DNA from: an uncultured Acidobacteriota bacterium | Lineage (GTDB): Bacteria > Acidobacteriota > Terriglobia > Acidiferrales > UBA7541 | Length of the DNA stretch: 64,000 nucleotides | Reading direction: 5' to 3' | Assembly (NCBI GenBank): GCA_963770575.1 | Contig: CAVYQD010000001.1 | Coordinates: 800,569-864,568 of the forward strand | Part shown: positions 11,287 through 20,862 of the stretch, piece by piece | Layout: each line of letters opens with the position of its first letter | Position numbering within the stretch: position 1 is the stretch's first letter | Notes under the pieces: model-generated | Told to the model about the DNA's origin: nothing | Databases searched by the model: none | What the model saw: the letters and a program-made list of their open reading frames with translations, nothing else | Position numbers and translations under genes: made by a program

Positions 11287-12504
11287 TTGAGGAAGATCGT
11301 GCTCGAATCGCGCGACGTGAACAACTGTTCCACCTCTACCTTGCGCGCAGATAGCCGAAATGTCGCCGTAATCGGCGGGTCCGCCGCCGGGTTATTCACC
11401 GCTTCTATCCTGGCCCGTAATGGTGTGCCTGTTTGCGTGTTCGAACGCGTGGAAACGCTCGAGCCTGCCTCCCGCACTTTAATCGTTACGAATCACATGA
11501 AAACGCTTCTGGGGCACGCGGCGGAGGCCAGTATCGTCAACGAAATCCGTCGCTTCGAATTATTCACCGATGGCCGCACCGCCAATGTCGCTCTGAAGCA
11601 GCCCGATCTGATCATCGAGCGGCGAACTTTGATCCAAGGCCTCGCGGACGACGCTCAGAAAGCGGGCGCAAAATTGGAACTCGGACACCGATTCCACACG
11701 CTTCACCCCAATGGCCGCGGGCTTGTAGTGGAAGTCGAGCGCTGCGCGAACGGCGAACACAAGGAAGTGCGCGCGCAGACTGTGGTAGGCGGAGATGGAG
11801 CTTCGAGTCGCGTCGCGCGTGCAGCCGGCTGGTCGCCGCTTCCCACCGTACCGCTCGTTCAAGCCATCGTCAATTTGCCGAAGGACATGTCGCCGGACAC
11901 CGCGCGCGTCTGGTTCGTTCCGGAAGATACTCCGTATTTTTACTGGCTCATCCCCGAATCACCGACTCGTGGCGCCTTGGGCTTGATCGGCGAGGGCGGA
12001 CCGGACACTCGCCGGCATCTCGAGCGTTTTCTGGAAAAACGAAGGCTCGACCCGATTGAATTTCAGGGCGCAAGAATTCCCGTATATACCGGGTGGGTAC
12101 CGGTGAAGCGGGACGTTGGAAACGGGTCGGTTTACGTCGTTGGAGATGCCGCGGGTCAGGTGAAGGTGACTACGGTCGGCGGAATTGTCACTGGATTCCG
12201 CGGGGCGATGGGAGTAGCGGAGGCTATACTCAACGGCGGCGCAAGCGGTGAGCTGCGCTCGCTGCGCCGCGAACTGAACCTTCATCTTCTATTGCGCCGC
12301 TCGCTCCATGATTTTCAGCAATCTGATTACAGCCGCCTTGTGGACTTGTTAAGTGCTCCTGCGATTCAGTCACTCGGCGAATATTCGCGAGATGAAGCGT
12401 GGAAAATCCTGTGGCGCATTTGCCTGAAACAGCCACGTCTGGTCCTGCTCGGACTGCGTGGGTTATTGACGCGCGGGCGGCCGCTTCGTCAGCCTCGCGG
12501 TTGA
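11287..12504 (+). CDS. FAD-dependent oxidoreductase, geranylgeranyl-reductase-like
   Basis: Dinucleotide fold VAVIGGSAAGLFTASILARNGVPVCVFER, then VVGGDGASSRVAR and VVGDAAGQVKVTTVGG. The track start 11287 is TTG; GTG 11299 after GAGGAAG is an alternative. Confidence 0.7.
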   Translation: MRKIVLESRDVNNCSTSTLRADSRNVAVIGGSAAGLFTASILARNGVPVCVFERVETLEPASRTLIVTNHMKTLLGHAAEASIVNEIRRFELFTDGRTANVALKQPDLIIERRTLIQGLADDAQKAGAKLELGHRFHTLHPNGRGLVVEVERCANGEHKEVRAQTVVGGDGASSRVARAAGWSPLPTVPLVQAIVNLPKDMSPDTARVWFVPEDTPYFYWLIPESPTRGALGLIGEGGPDTRRHLERFLEKRRLDPIEFQGARIPVYTGWVPVKRDVGNGSVYVVGDAAGQVKVTTVGGIVTGFRGAMGVAEAILNGGASGELRSLRRELNLHLLLRRSLHDFQQSDYSRLVDLLSAPAIQSLGEYSRDEAWKILWRICLKQPRLVLLGLRGLLTRGRPLRQPRG

Positions 12505-12654
12505 CTTCTTCGCGTCAAGCCTCCCTCAAGTGAACGAACGCCGGGGGCATTCTGCGGTTCTCCTGCTATTCTGAGTGATGAGAAATCTTGAATTTTCGCT
12601 TATCGTGGGACAAACGCTTGCCGAAATACAGATCATTCTTGGAACCTCGCTAAC

Positions 12655-14367
12655 ATGTACATCCTGGGCCTTTCGGCCATGGAACACGGTCCGGCCGCTG
12701 CGATAATCGGCGACAGCGGTGTGATCGCAGCGATCGAAGAGGCGAAGCTTGCGCGAGCTCGGTTGGTGGAAGGAATACCGCGACTCGCGATTCGGTACTG
12801 CCTCGATCGCGCCGGCGTCAAGTGGCAGGACGTTGATCGGATCGCCATCGCCTCCCGCCCTCCTCGCGCGTGGACTCGGAAAGTTCTCCTCCGCGCACGG
12901 CTCGCGCCACTAGCACCCCTCTCCAGCGTTTATTTTCTCAATAAAGCTTCAGGCGAGTTAGGCCGCGAGCTAAACAATTTCCGAATCGTTCGGGAGATGG
13001 CCGGAGGCCGGCACGACCGAGTGAAGGGCTACGATCATCACCTGTGCCACGCGGCAAGCGCCTATTTCGCTTCGCCATTCGATCGTGCTCTGATCGTCAC
13101 GCTCGACGAACGTGGTGACGGCCGCTGCGGCTTTGCAGGCGTCGGAACCGACCGGCAGATTCGCGAAGTTGCCGGCATTAATTTTCCGCACTCGTTAGCA
13201 TGGGTTTACACGCAGGTCACCCGCTTGATCGGTTTTCGTCCGCATGGCGATGAGCACAAGACCCAGTGGCTCAGCACGACTGGCGATGCCGCCTTTACAG
13301 ATCTTTTTATGGCAATGCTTCAGCGGTCTCCGCAATCTCCTCCCCATTTGAATTCGAAGTATTTTCAGCGCGACTTTGCCGGTGAGCTGTCTTTTAGCGG
13401 CGAATTTTATCGCAGTATTGGAATTTCCCGCGAAGCAGAATTACATCTCGACAGCAAGCTTTGCGCCAATATCGCGGCCGGCCTGCAGCAAGCCTGTACC
13501 AGGATTACCGTCGAATGGCTTGAAGCCCTGCGTAAGCAGACCGGAGAACGGCAGTTGTGTTTGGGAGGCGGCCTCTTCTTGAATCCCCTTCTGGTCGCCG
13601 CGATCGAGAAAACATCAGGGTTCGAGAGTGTTTTCGTCCAACCCGCGGCCGGCAACGAAGGCACCGCGCTCGGCGCGGCGTGGCTCGAATGGCACCAATC
13701 GCAAGCCCAAACGCGAGTTGCGCCCCTAACCAATCTCTATCTTGGTCCCTCTTATTCCAACGAACAGATCAAACAAGTCCTCGACAATTGCAAGGCGACC
13801 TACCATTGGTGCGATTCGGAAGACCAGAAGATCGACGCAATCCTGCGCTTGGTCGAGGCTGGGAAAATCGTGGCGTGGTTTCAGGGAGCGGCGGAATTTG
13901 GTCCACGCGCGCTTGGGAACCGCAGTCTGCTCGCGTCGCCTTGGGCTCCCTACGTGACAGAAAATTTGAACGATTTTGTAAAGCATCGCGAACCGTACCG
14001 TCCGTTCGCCCTATCGATCCCTGCTGAAGACTGCGCAGAGTACTTCGAGTGCTCGACGAATGGCCGATTCATGACGACGATGGCAGTCCCCACCTCCAAG
14101 ATGCGCAAGTTGCTGGAACCGATTCCCGCCGGGTTCGTTGCGCGGGACAGCGTGCGCCTGCATGTTGTCTCGCGGGACGACAATCCGCTTTTCTGGAAAC
14201 TGCTGAAGCGCTTCGGCGAAAAGGGGCCTGCGCCGATTCTTGTAAATGCGTCGTTCAATTTATTCGGCGAACCTCTCGTAGTCACCCCGCGTGACGCGGT
14301 TCGCAGCTACTTCTGCTCAGGCGCAGACGCGCTGGCGGCTGGAAGTTTTCTTCTGACGAAACGATAG
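12655..14367 (+). CDS. NodU/CmcH-family carbamoyltransferase (intact paralogue)
   Basis: 570-aa ORF with MYILGLSAMEHGPAAAII, YDHHLCHAASAYFASPF, WFQGAAEFGPRALGNRSLLA and NASFNLFGEPLV. It is collinear with the 5892..7686 gene. Confidence 0.85.
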   Translation: MYILGLSAMEHGPAAAIIGDSGVIAAIEEAKLARARLVEGIPRLAIRYCLDRAGVKWQDVDRIAIASRPPRAWTRKVLLRARLAPLAPLSSVYFLNKASGELGRELNNFRIVREMAGGRHDRVKGYDHHLCHAASAYFASPFDRALIVTLDERGDGRCGFAGVGTDRQIREVAGINFPHSLAWVYTQVTRLIGFRPHGDEHKTQWLSTTGDAAFTDLFMAMLQRSPQSPPHLNSKYFQRDFAGELSFSGEFYRSIGISREAELHLDSKLCANIAAGLQQACTRITVEWLEALRKQTGERQLCLGGGLFLNPLLVAAIEKTSGFESVFVQPAAGNEGTALGAAWLEWHQSQAQTRVAPLTNLYLGPSYSNEQIKQVLDNCKATYHWCDSEDQKIDAILRLVEAGKIVAWFQGAAEFGPRALGNRSLLASPWAPYVTENLNDFVKHREPYRPFALSIPAEDCAEYFECSTNGRFMTTMAVPTSKMRKLLEPIPAGFVARDSVRLHVVSRDDNPLFWKLLKRFGEKGPAPILVNASFNLFGEPLVVTPRDAVRSYFCSGADALAAGSFLLTKR

Positions 14368-14512
14368 GTAGTGTGGTTGCCACCGAAGAATCCCAAGGTG
14401 AGGATGCGGTAAACGTCCTCCTTCGGACAGCCTTCTGGATGGCAGTGCGAGTGGGGTACCATCTAGAAGTAGATTCGTTTGAGTTTGTCCAAGACCATTT
14501 GCGGGAGATCCG

Positions 14513-15868
14513 TTGAAAATTTCGGTGATTGGAGCCGGTTACGTTGGCCTGGTGACAGGCGGCTGTCTGGCGGAAATTGGACACGAAGTAGTCTGCGCGG
14601 ATAACGATGCCGCGAAGATTGCGACGCTCGACTCCGGGCGCCTTCCCATTTACGAGCCGGGGCTCGATACGGTCATCGCAAAGGCCCGCAAAGCGGGCCG
14701 CCTCACTTTTAGCGCGAAAACAGTCGACGCAATCGCGGCTGGGGACACGATCTTCATATGTGTCGGAACGCCCCCGCTACCCAATGGAGATGCGGACCTG
14801 AGCGCGATCGACCATGTCGCGCGGCTGGTCGCGAGCGAAGCCCGCTCGCCGAAACTCGTGGTCGAAAAAAGCACTGTCCCCGCTCAAACGGGACAGGAAT
14901 TGAAGCGCGCACTTTCCGTTTACGGGCGCAAGAGCGGCGTCACATTTCGCGTGGCCTCCAATCCTGAGTTTTTGCGTGAAGGCACTGCGATCGCTGATTT
15001 TCTGCATCCCGATCGGATCGTCGTAGGCGTGGAAGATGAGGTTGCCGAGCGGCAGCTCCACGAAATTTACCGCCCCGTAATCGAGCGCAAATTTAACTGC
15101 CCGATGCATGCCCCGGCAGCCTGTCCGGATGTTCCCGCCCCGGCATGGCTCGTAACCACGATTAACAGCGCCGAGTTGATCAAACACGCATCGAATTCCT
15201 TCCTTGCACTAAAGATTTCCTACGCCAACATGGTCGCCGACCTGGCGGAGCGTCTCGGTGCCGACATTCAGGAAGTGGTTCACGCAATGGGAATGGATCC
15301 GAGGATTGGGCGCAGTTTTCTAAATGCAGGTCTCGGCTTTGGCGGTTTTTGTTTGCCGAAAGATTTGCAGGCCTTCGTCCATCTTGCTGAACGCACCGGC
15401 GTGGATTTTTCACTCTTGAAGGAAGTGGAAAAGATCAACCACAAGCGCGTGGGTCATACCGTCGAGAAAATTCGTCGTGCCCTTTGGGTGATCAAAGGAA
15501 AGCAAATCGCCGTGCTGGGCCTCGCGTTTAAAGCCAATACGGACGACATTCGTTTCTCGCCTTCCATCGATTTGATCCGGATATTGGATACCGAGGGCGC
15601 GCATGTTCGCGCATACGATCCGGAGGCGATGGAGAAAGCACGGCCGCTCCTGCCCAACATCCACATGCCGGCTTCAGCCTACGACGCTGCGCAAGACACA
15701 GAAGCGCTGGTCATCGCAACCGAGTGGGCCCCATTTCGCGACCTTGACTGGGCGCGCATTCGCGACTCGATGACGCGGCCTCTGATTGTGGACGCCCGCA
15801 ATCTGCTTCCCGCGGCTGAGATGAAATCGCTGGGCTTCGAATACTATTCGGTGGGCCGGCCGGATTGA
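14513..15868 (+). CDS. ugd: UDP-glucose 6-dehydrogenase
   Basis: MKISVIGAGYVGLVTGGCLAE NAD fold, EKSTVP, catalytic GFGGFCLPKD; 451 aa; TTG start at 14513. Confidence 0.85.
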   Translation: MKISVIGAGYVGLVTGGCLAEIGHEVVCADNDAAKIATLDSGRLPIYEPGLDTVIAKARKAGRLTFSAKTVDAIAAGDTIFICVGTPPLPNGDADLSAIDHVARLVASEARSPKLVVEKSTVPAQTGQELKRALSVYGRKSGVTFRVASNPEFLREGTAIADFLHPDRIVVGVEDEVAERQLHEIYRPVIERKFNCPMHAPAACPDVPAPAWLVTTINSAELIKHASNSFLALKISYANMVADLAERLGADIQEVVHAMGMDPRIGRSFLNAGLGFGGFCLPKDLQAFVHLAERTGVDFSLLKEVEKINHKRVGHTVEKIRRALWVIKGKQIAVLGLAFKANTDDIRFSPSIDLIRILDTEGAHVRAYDPEAMEKARPLLPNIHMPASAYDAAQDTEALVIATEWAPFRDLDWARIRDSMTRPLIVDARNLLPAAEMKSLGFEYYSVGRPD

Positions 15869-15893
15869 AATTTGGATGGCGCCCCGCATGGCG

Positions 15894-16838
15894 CTACCGC
15901 GCGGGCTCGGCGACCTTGTCCCGAAAATATTCGTAGGTTCGCTTGAGCCCTTCTTCGAGATTGATCTTCGGTTCCCATTTCAGAATACGACGGGCCTTCG
16001 CAATATCCGGGCAGCGCTGCTTGGGATCATCCTGCGGCAGTGGACGAAACACAATCGGCTTCTTCGACCCAACCAGTGAGCGTACACGTTCCGCAAATTC
16101 GAGAATCGTGATTTCGTGCGGATTGCCGATGTTCACGGGGTCGTGCTCGTCTGACTCGAGCAACCGGTAAATCCCATCCAGCAAATCAGAAACGAAACAG
16201 AAACTCCGCGTCTGCTTTCCGTCGCCATACACGGTGATGGGCTCGCCGGTCAACGCCTGGTACAAAAAATTCGGCAGAGCGCGCCCGTCGTTCAGGCGCA
16301 TGCGCGGGCCATACGTATTGAAGATGCGAACGATGCGTGTGTCCACGCCATGATAACGGTGGTAGGCCATCGTCAACGCTTCAGCGAAGCGCTTCGATTC
16401 GTCATAAACGCCGCGCGGTCCGATCGGATTTACCCTTCCCCAGTAGGTCTCTGGCTGCGGACTCACTTCCGGATCGCCATAGCACTCGGACGTTGACGCC
16501 AATAAAAATTTAGCTTTCTTTGCGAGCGCCAGTCCGAGCGCGTTGTGCGTGCCAAGCGCGCCGACTTTCATCGTTTGGATCGGCATCTTCAAGTAGTCGG
16601 GGGGGCTTGCGGGAGAGGCGAAATGCAGCACCGCATCGACGGGACCAGCGACGTCGATGTAGCGCGAAACATCCTGGCGCGCGAAACGGAATTTTGGATC
16701 CGGCAGCAGATGCGAAATATTCGAATCCGCGCCAGTGACCAGGTTGTCCATGCAGAGAACTTCCCAGCCCTTCCCGAGAATCAGCTCGCAGAGATGCGAA
16801 CCGAGAAAACCCGCCCCGCCCGTTATGACTGCGCGCAA
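15894..16838 (-). CDS. UDP-glucuronate decarboxylase (UDP-xylose synthase), extended SDR
   Basis: [29 protein letters not shown] (YxxxK), 314 aa, typical UXS-like sequence. Convergent with ugd, which supplies its substrate. Confidence 0.8.
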   Translation of the reverse strand: MRAVITGGAGFLGSHLCELILGKGWEVLCMDNLVTGADSNISHLLPDPKFRFARQDVSRYIDVAGPVDAVLHFASPASPPDYLKMPIQTMKVGALGTHNALGLALAKKAKFLLASTSECYGDPEVSPQPETYWGRVNPIGPRGVYDESKRFAEALTMAYHRYHGVDTRIVRIFNTYGPRMRLNDGRALPNFLYQALTGEPITVYGDGKQTRSFCFVSDLLDGIYRLLESDEHDPVNIGNPHEITILEFAERVRSLVGSKKPIVFRPLPQDDPKQRCPDIAKARRILKWEPKINLEEGLKRTYEYFRDKVAEPAR

Positions 16839-16931
16839 ATTAATTGCTCCCTTCGTCGCGACAAACTGGATTCGTGTCCGCTGCGGCCATTATCTCGTGA
16901 ATTTCCGCCTCGCGCTTGCGCTTTGCGGTTG

Positions 16932-17456
16932 TTATTTCGAATCCGGTTTCGGCGTGGCAAACCCTGTGGTGTGGTCGACGACGACGCGCCAGCCTTCCGG
17001 AAATTTGCGCAAGTTTAGAGTAAAGATACCGGCGGGATTGTCTTTCTCGCGCCGCAGATGATATTCGCCAATGGCATACGCCGAGTTTGGACATTCCACG
17101 CGGATTTCCAGATTCGCAAACGAGAGAATTCCCATCGCTTTGCGATCCGGATAGCTGCGCTCATAACGATCGAGCAACGCTTGCCAGCCGCGCGATATTC
17201 CTTCGGCGCTGACGAACTCTGTTTCGTCAGATTTCCAATATCCAGCCATAAAGCCATCTATGTCGCCACGATTCCAAGCGGCAGTTTGCTCCACGAGCAG
17301 GGCGCGAATTTGGTCCTCGTCGGGAGTTTCGGGCGACTTTGCAGATGAGCGCCATGCGGAAGCGATGCAGAGCCCAAGAAGAAGCGCCGTAAACACCGCG
17401 ATCTGGGCGGCACGCCTTCCGCGTCCAAGATTTGGTTGGTTTTCAGGATTCGGCAT
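16932..17456 (-). CDS. SnoaL-like/DUF4440 (NTF2-fold) protein with N-terminal membrane or signal segment
   Basis: ORF 16932..17525. Preferred start is ATG 17456 (MPNPENQ, AAGGA about 8 nt upstream). Hydrophobic AAQIAVFTALLLGLCIASA, then IRALLVEQTAAWNRGDIDGFMAGYW. Confidence 0.55.
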   Translation of the reverse strand: MPNPENQPNLGRGRRAAQIAVFTALLLGLCIASAWRSSAKSPETPDEDQIRALLVEQTAAWNRGDIDGFMAGYWKSDETEFVSAEGISRGWQALLDRYERSYPDRKAMGILSFANLEIRVECPNSAYAIGEYHLRREKDNPAGIFTLNLRKFPEGWRVVVDHTTGFATPKPDSK

Positions 17457-17796
17457 TGAGCGATCCTTTTGCTGCGCTCGAACGGTTTTGACCTCTAAGT
17501 TAGGATTCGGTCCTCGTCCGGCCAAACCGTTTTATACGCACCTTGTAGCTGAATCAACCCTCGCACGTTACGAAGCGAAATTCAAACGGGAGTTGATGGC
17601 ACGATCTTTCTGCAGTAGGGCTCACCGGGCGCCAGACCGGCGCGCTCGGTGGCGCGTTTTTGGCGTGGTTTGGACACCGTGTGGACACCGGGTTTATTTC
17701 GGTGCTGTTTTGTTGGGGTTTCTGATGGGATGAATAGTACCGTCGTTCCATTGCTCGCGGCGATGGTAGGCGCCAAAATGGGGATGGTCAAAAGAC

Positions 17797-18186
17797 ATGC
17801 TTACTTCGGCTTTCATTCTCGTGATCTCAATGGCGGCGCTGATGCAGTTCGCGGCGTTTACGTGGCGCGCTGCGTTCTTGAGCATCGCGACCGCCGAACT
17901 GCCCGAGAATCGAGCTAAGTACATTGAATTGAATAGCTTCCAAGACGCATCGACCTATGAACGGCTGCTACCTGAGCTTGGAGCCAGTTCCGACGGCAAT
18001 CTTCGCACCGTCAGCATCTACCACGGTTTCTTGCAGTTCCTGGCTTCAGTGGGGGACACAATTCTTCCCCCGGCGTCCGGTTGGGCACAGCGCGAAATGG
18101 CGCTTTGCACGCGTTATGCGACCGTGGCGCTGGCTCAGCGGATGGAACGCAATCAGTTGATGGCTGCTGAACTTACCTCGTTTTAG
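17797..18186 (+). CDS. hypothetical small protein with one N-terminal TM segment
   Basis: 129-aa ORF with normal-looking composition and no recognisable motif. Confidence 0.35.
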   Translation: MLTSAFILVISMAALMQFAAFTWRAAFLSIATAELPENRAKYIELNSFQDASTYERLLPELGASSDGNLRTVSIYHGFLQFLASVGDTILPPASGWAQREMALCTRYATVALAQRMERNQLMAAELTSF

Positions 18187-18270
18187 TCACCTTCGAAGTT
18201 TCCGTTTTTGCGCGCTTGCCATGTTTCAAACCTCGACGCAGAATCGCCAACGCACTCGAGAGGAGGCAGA

Positions 18271-18696
18271 ATGGCGCGCCCCGCCGCTACGATTGACGAA
18301 ACACTAAGAACTCTTCGAACGATCCACGGCGCCATGTTCTTCGCGATGGTTCTTTACGTGTACATCGCGGAAAAGGTGATCCCTCACGAACTCAGAGATC
18401 TCAACAGCACGATTCCGGAATCATTTGGGATCGTTAGTTTCGCGCTCGTCGGGTTGGCTGTGTTCTTCCGGAAAACAAAAATTCAACCTGCTCTCGAAGC
18501 TTTGCAATTGAAACCGGTCAATCCTACGGCGCTTCAGCGATGGAGAACAGGCGGGATCTTGACCGCAGTGCTACTCGAAGGCGTAGTTCTATTTGGTTTC
18601 ACCCTTCGGTTTCTTGGAGCCTCATCGAGGGTATCGCTTCCATTCTATATTGTCGGAATTGCGTTGATGGTCCTGTGGTGGCCTCAGCGGCCTTGA
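18271..18696 (+). CDS. hypothetical membrane protein (about 4 TM)
   Basis: ORF 18208..18696. ATG 18271 follows AGGAGG (18261-18266). Hydrophobic segments include FFAMVLYVYIA, FGIVSFALVGLAVFF, ILTAVLLEGVVLFGF, FYIVGIALMVLWW. Confidence 0.5.
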   Translation: MARPAATIDETLRTLRTIHGAMFFAMVLYVYIAEKVIPHELRDLNSTIPESFGIVSFALVGLAVFFRKTKIQPALEALQLKPVNPTALQRWRTGGILTAVLLEGVVLFGFTLRFLGASSRVSLPFYIVGIALMVLWWPQRP

Positions 18697-18727
18697 AACC
18701 GAACGGACGCGCCTTGCAGCGCCCTTC

Positions 18728-19840
18728 CTACGTCTCAATTAACCCTTTCAGCGATTCTTCGAATGGAGCACGGGCTACGCCTCGCTCGGTGATGATGGCT
18801 GTGATGTAGCGCGCTGGCGTTACGTCGAATGCCGGGTGCGCGGCTTGCACGTCGTTCGGCGAGATCTGAATGCCTGCTAAATGCGTGACTTCCTGCGAGG
18901 AGCGCTCCTCGATCGGAATTTCTTCGCCAGACGCGAGCGACATATCGAGCGTGGAGATCGGCGCGGCCACGTAAAACGGGACACTGTTTTCGCGGGCGAG
19001 GACGGCGATGCCGTACGTTCCGATCTTGTTCGCCGTGTCACCATTGCTCGCGATCCGATCGGCGCCGACTACAACGGCGTTCACACCGCCAGTTTTCAGA
19101 AAATGTCCCACCATGTTGTCAGTGATGAGCGTAAGCGGGATGCGGTCCTGCTGCAATTCCCAGGCGGTGAGGCGCGCACCTTGTAGGTACGGCCGCGTTT
19201 CGGGCACCAGCACTTCGATGCGGTAGCCGCCTTCGACAGCCATTCGAACGACGCCGAGCGCGGTTCCAATTCCGGCAGTGGCGAGGGCTCCTGCGTTGCA
19301 TTGCGTCATCACGCGGCCGGATTTGCCCAGAAGTTCCGCGCCAAATTTTCCGATGCGGCGATCCGCTTCGCGGCGCTCTTCGTGCACCTTCTGCGCTTCT
19401 TCAACGAGTGCAGCGCGTAGGGTTGCGAGGCCGCCGCTTCCGTTGCTGGCAGCGGCTGCTGCTAACTCTTCAAATCGCAATTTGAAACGATTGATCGCCC
19501 AGAACAAATCCACGGCGGTGGGGCGCGTCCGCGCGAGTGTGTCGCAGATCGTCGCGAATTCAGCGCGCAGATCCGGCAGCGATTTTGCCTGCGACCGCTC
19601 GACGCCCAGCGCTGCTCCCATCGCTGCGGCCACGCCAATCGCGGGCGCGCCACGGATGATCATGTCCTTGATCGCTTTCGCGACGTCGCGATAGTCCGTG
19701 TAGGTGTGGTAGACAACTTCGCCGGGCAGACGAAGCTGGTCGAGGATTACGACGCCTTCGGGCGTCCAGCGGATCGGTTCGACGGTGTGCAAGTTCTTCT
19801 TTCCTTGCTGTGATGGACGCAACGTGATGCCGCGTCGCAA
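18728..19840 (-). CDS. mtnA: S-methyl-5-thioribose-1-phosphate isomerase
   Basis: 370-aa ORF with [56 protein letters not shown]. MtnA/eIF-2B family pattern. Confidence 0.85.
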   Translation of the reverse strand: MRRGITLRPSQQGKKNLHTVEPIRWTPEGVVILDQLRLPGEVVYHTYTDYRDVAKAIKDMIIRGAPAIGVAAAMGAALGVERSQAKSLPDLRAEFATICDTLARTRPTAVDLFWAINRFKLRFEELAAAAASNGSGGLATLRAALVEEAQKVHEERREADRRIGKFGAELLGKSGRVMTQCNAGALATAGIGTALGVVRMAVEGGYRIEVLVPETRPYLQGARLTAWELQQDRIPLTLITDNMVGHFLKTGGVNAVVVGADRIASNGDTANKIGTYGIAVLARENSVPFYVAAPISTLDMSLASGEEIPIEERSSQEVTHLAGIQISPNDVQAAHPAFDVTPARYITAIITERGVARAPFEESLKGLIET

Positions 19841-19939
19841 ATTCTATTCTAACTGATTCCGGGATTGCTTATTCTGCGCGAACCTACAACTACGTCAACA
19901 CCTGCCGGTCTGAAGCCCGGCGCTACAAAAGCGCTAAGC

Positions 19940-20850
19940 CTATGTTGGGCCAACGGGAAGGTGTCGTAGGCCGTGCGATGCGACGAGAAATGCGATAAAC
20001 AGGAACGAATTGTAGCTGACGTGGAGCAAGTAGCTTGCGACGACTGTTTGCGAAATCGCTCGCGCCGCTGTGAAGACGATGCCAACGACGATTAGAAGCG
20101 CGATCTGGCCCCACCCTCCCCACAGTTGCGGCGCGTGGAGAAGGCCGAACATCGTCCCGTGATTACAATGCCGGCGCGGATTCCAAAACTTCGCGCGACG
20201 ACCGGATAAATATATCCGCGGAAAATTGTTTCTTCCACGAGCGGCGCGACCAGGACACCCATCAGCATCAGCAGAAACGCGCTTCGGCGATCCTGAAAAA
20301 ATGTCTCGATCGGCATCTTGGCTTTGTTTTGAAGCGCGGCCGAAGCGATTTGAATCAGCAGGGAAAGCGCGAAGCCGCCGAGAATCAAGCTGAGATACAC
20401 CACGCGTCGCGGAATCGTTCCCGTGTCCAGCGGGCGCCACCCGATCGTTCGCCAGAACGGCGATTGAAAGCGGACACGCATTTGCGCTGCGAGATAGGCA
20501 AGCAGGCCGAGTGAGAGCAGCGTTTGGTTGATGATCAGGAACAGGCTCTTATCGTTCGCGGATTTTTGCAGCACGGAGGGCGTCAACCCAAACGCAGCAA
20601 ATCCTCCGACGAGAATAATACTGATGACAAATGTTCCGGCGAACGTGATCAGCACAAGAAGGAGCAAATCGATCCAGTTCCACGGGCCGCGCAGGTCTTC
20701 GGGAAACTGGCTGTACAACGGCGCTGAGATTTCGCCCGGTACCGGTGCCAGCTGATCCTGAAGTAATTCCGCTTCCGGCGCACCAGAATGCGTCGGGGGT
20801 GCGACCGAAAAGTGATCCGGCAGGAGCGGGTCTTGATCGTCAGGAATCAT
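19940..20850 (-). pseudogene. CPBP (CAAX) family intramembrane metalloprotease, apparent frameshift
   Basis: ORFs 20092..20850 and 19940..20440 join as ..VEETIFRGYIYPVVARSFGIRAGIVITG | TMFGLLHAPQLWGG..SYLLHVSYN. These carry the EExxxR and FxxxH CPBP motifs. The frame changes at the CCC run 20156-20158 (+ strand). Confidence 0.75.
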
Positions 20851-20862
20851 TATTATTCGTTT

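Noticed and set aside
17526-17796. 270-bp spacer with a short GC hairpin plus TTTTT (about 17640-17665) and the ORF 17649..17918
   Set aside because: The stem is only 4-5 bp. The 89-aa ORF overlaps the better 17797..18186 ORF in another frame and has odd composition. There is no evidence for a gene or sRNA.
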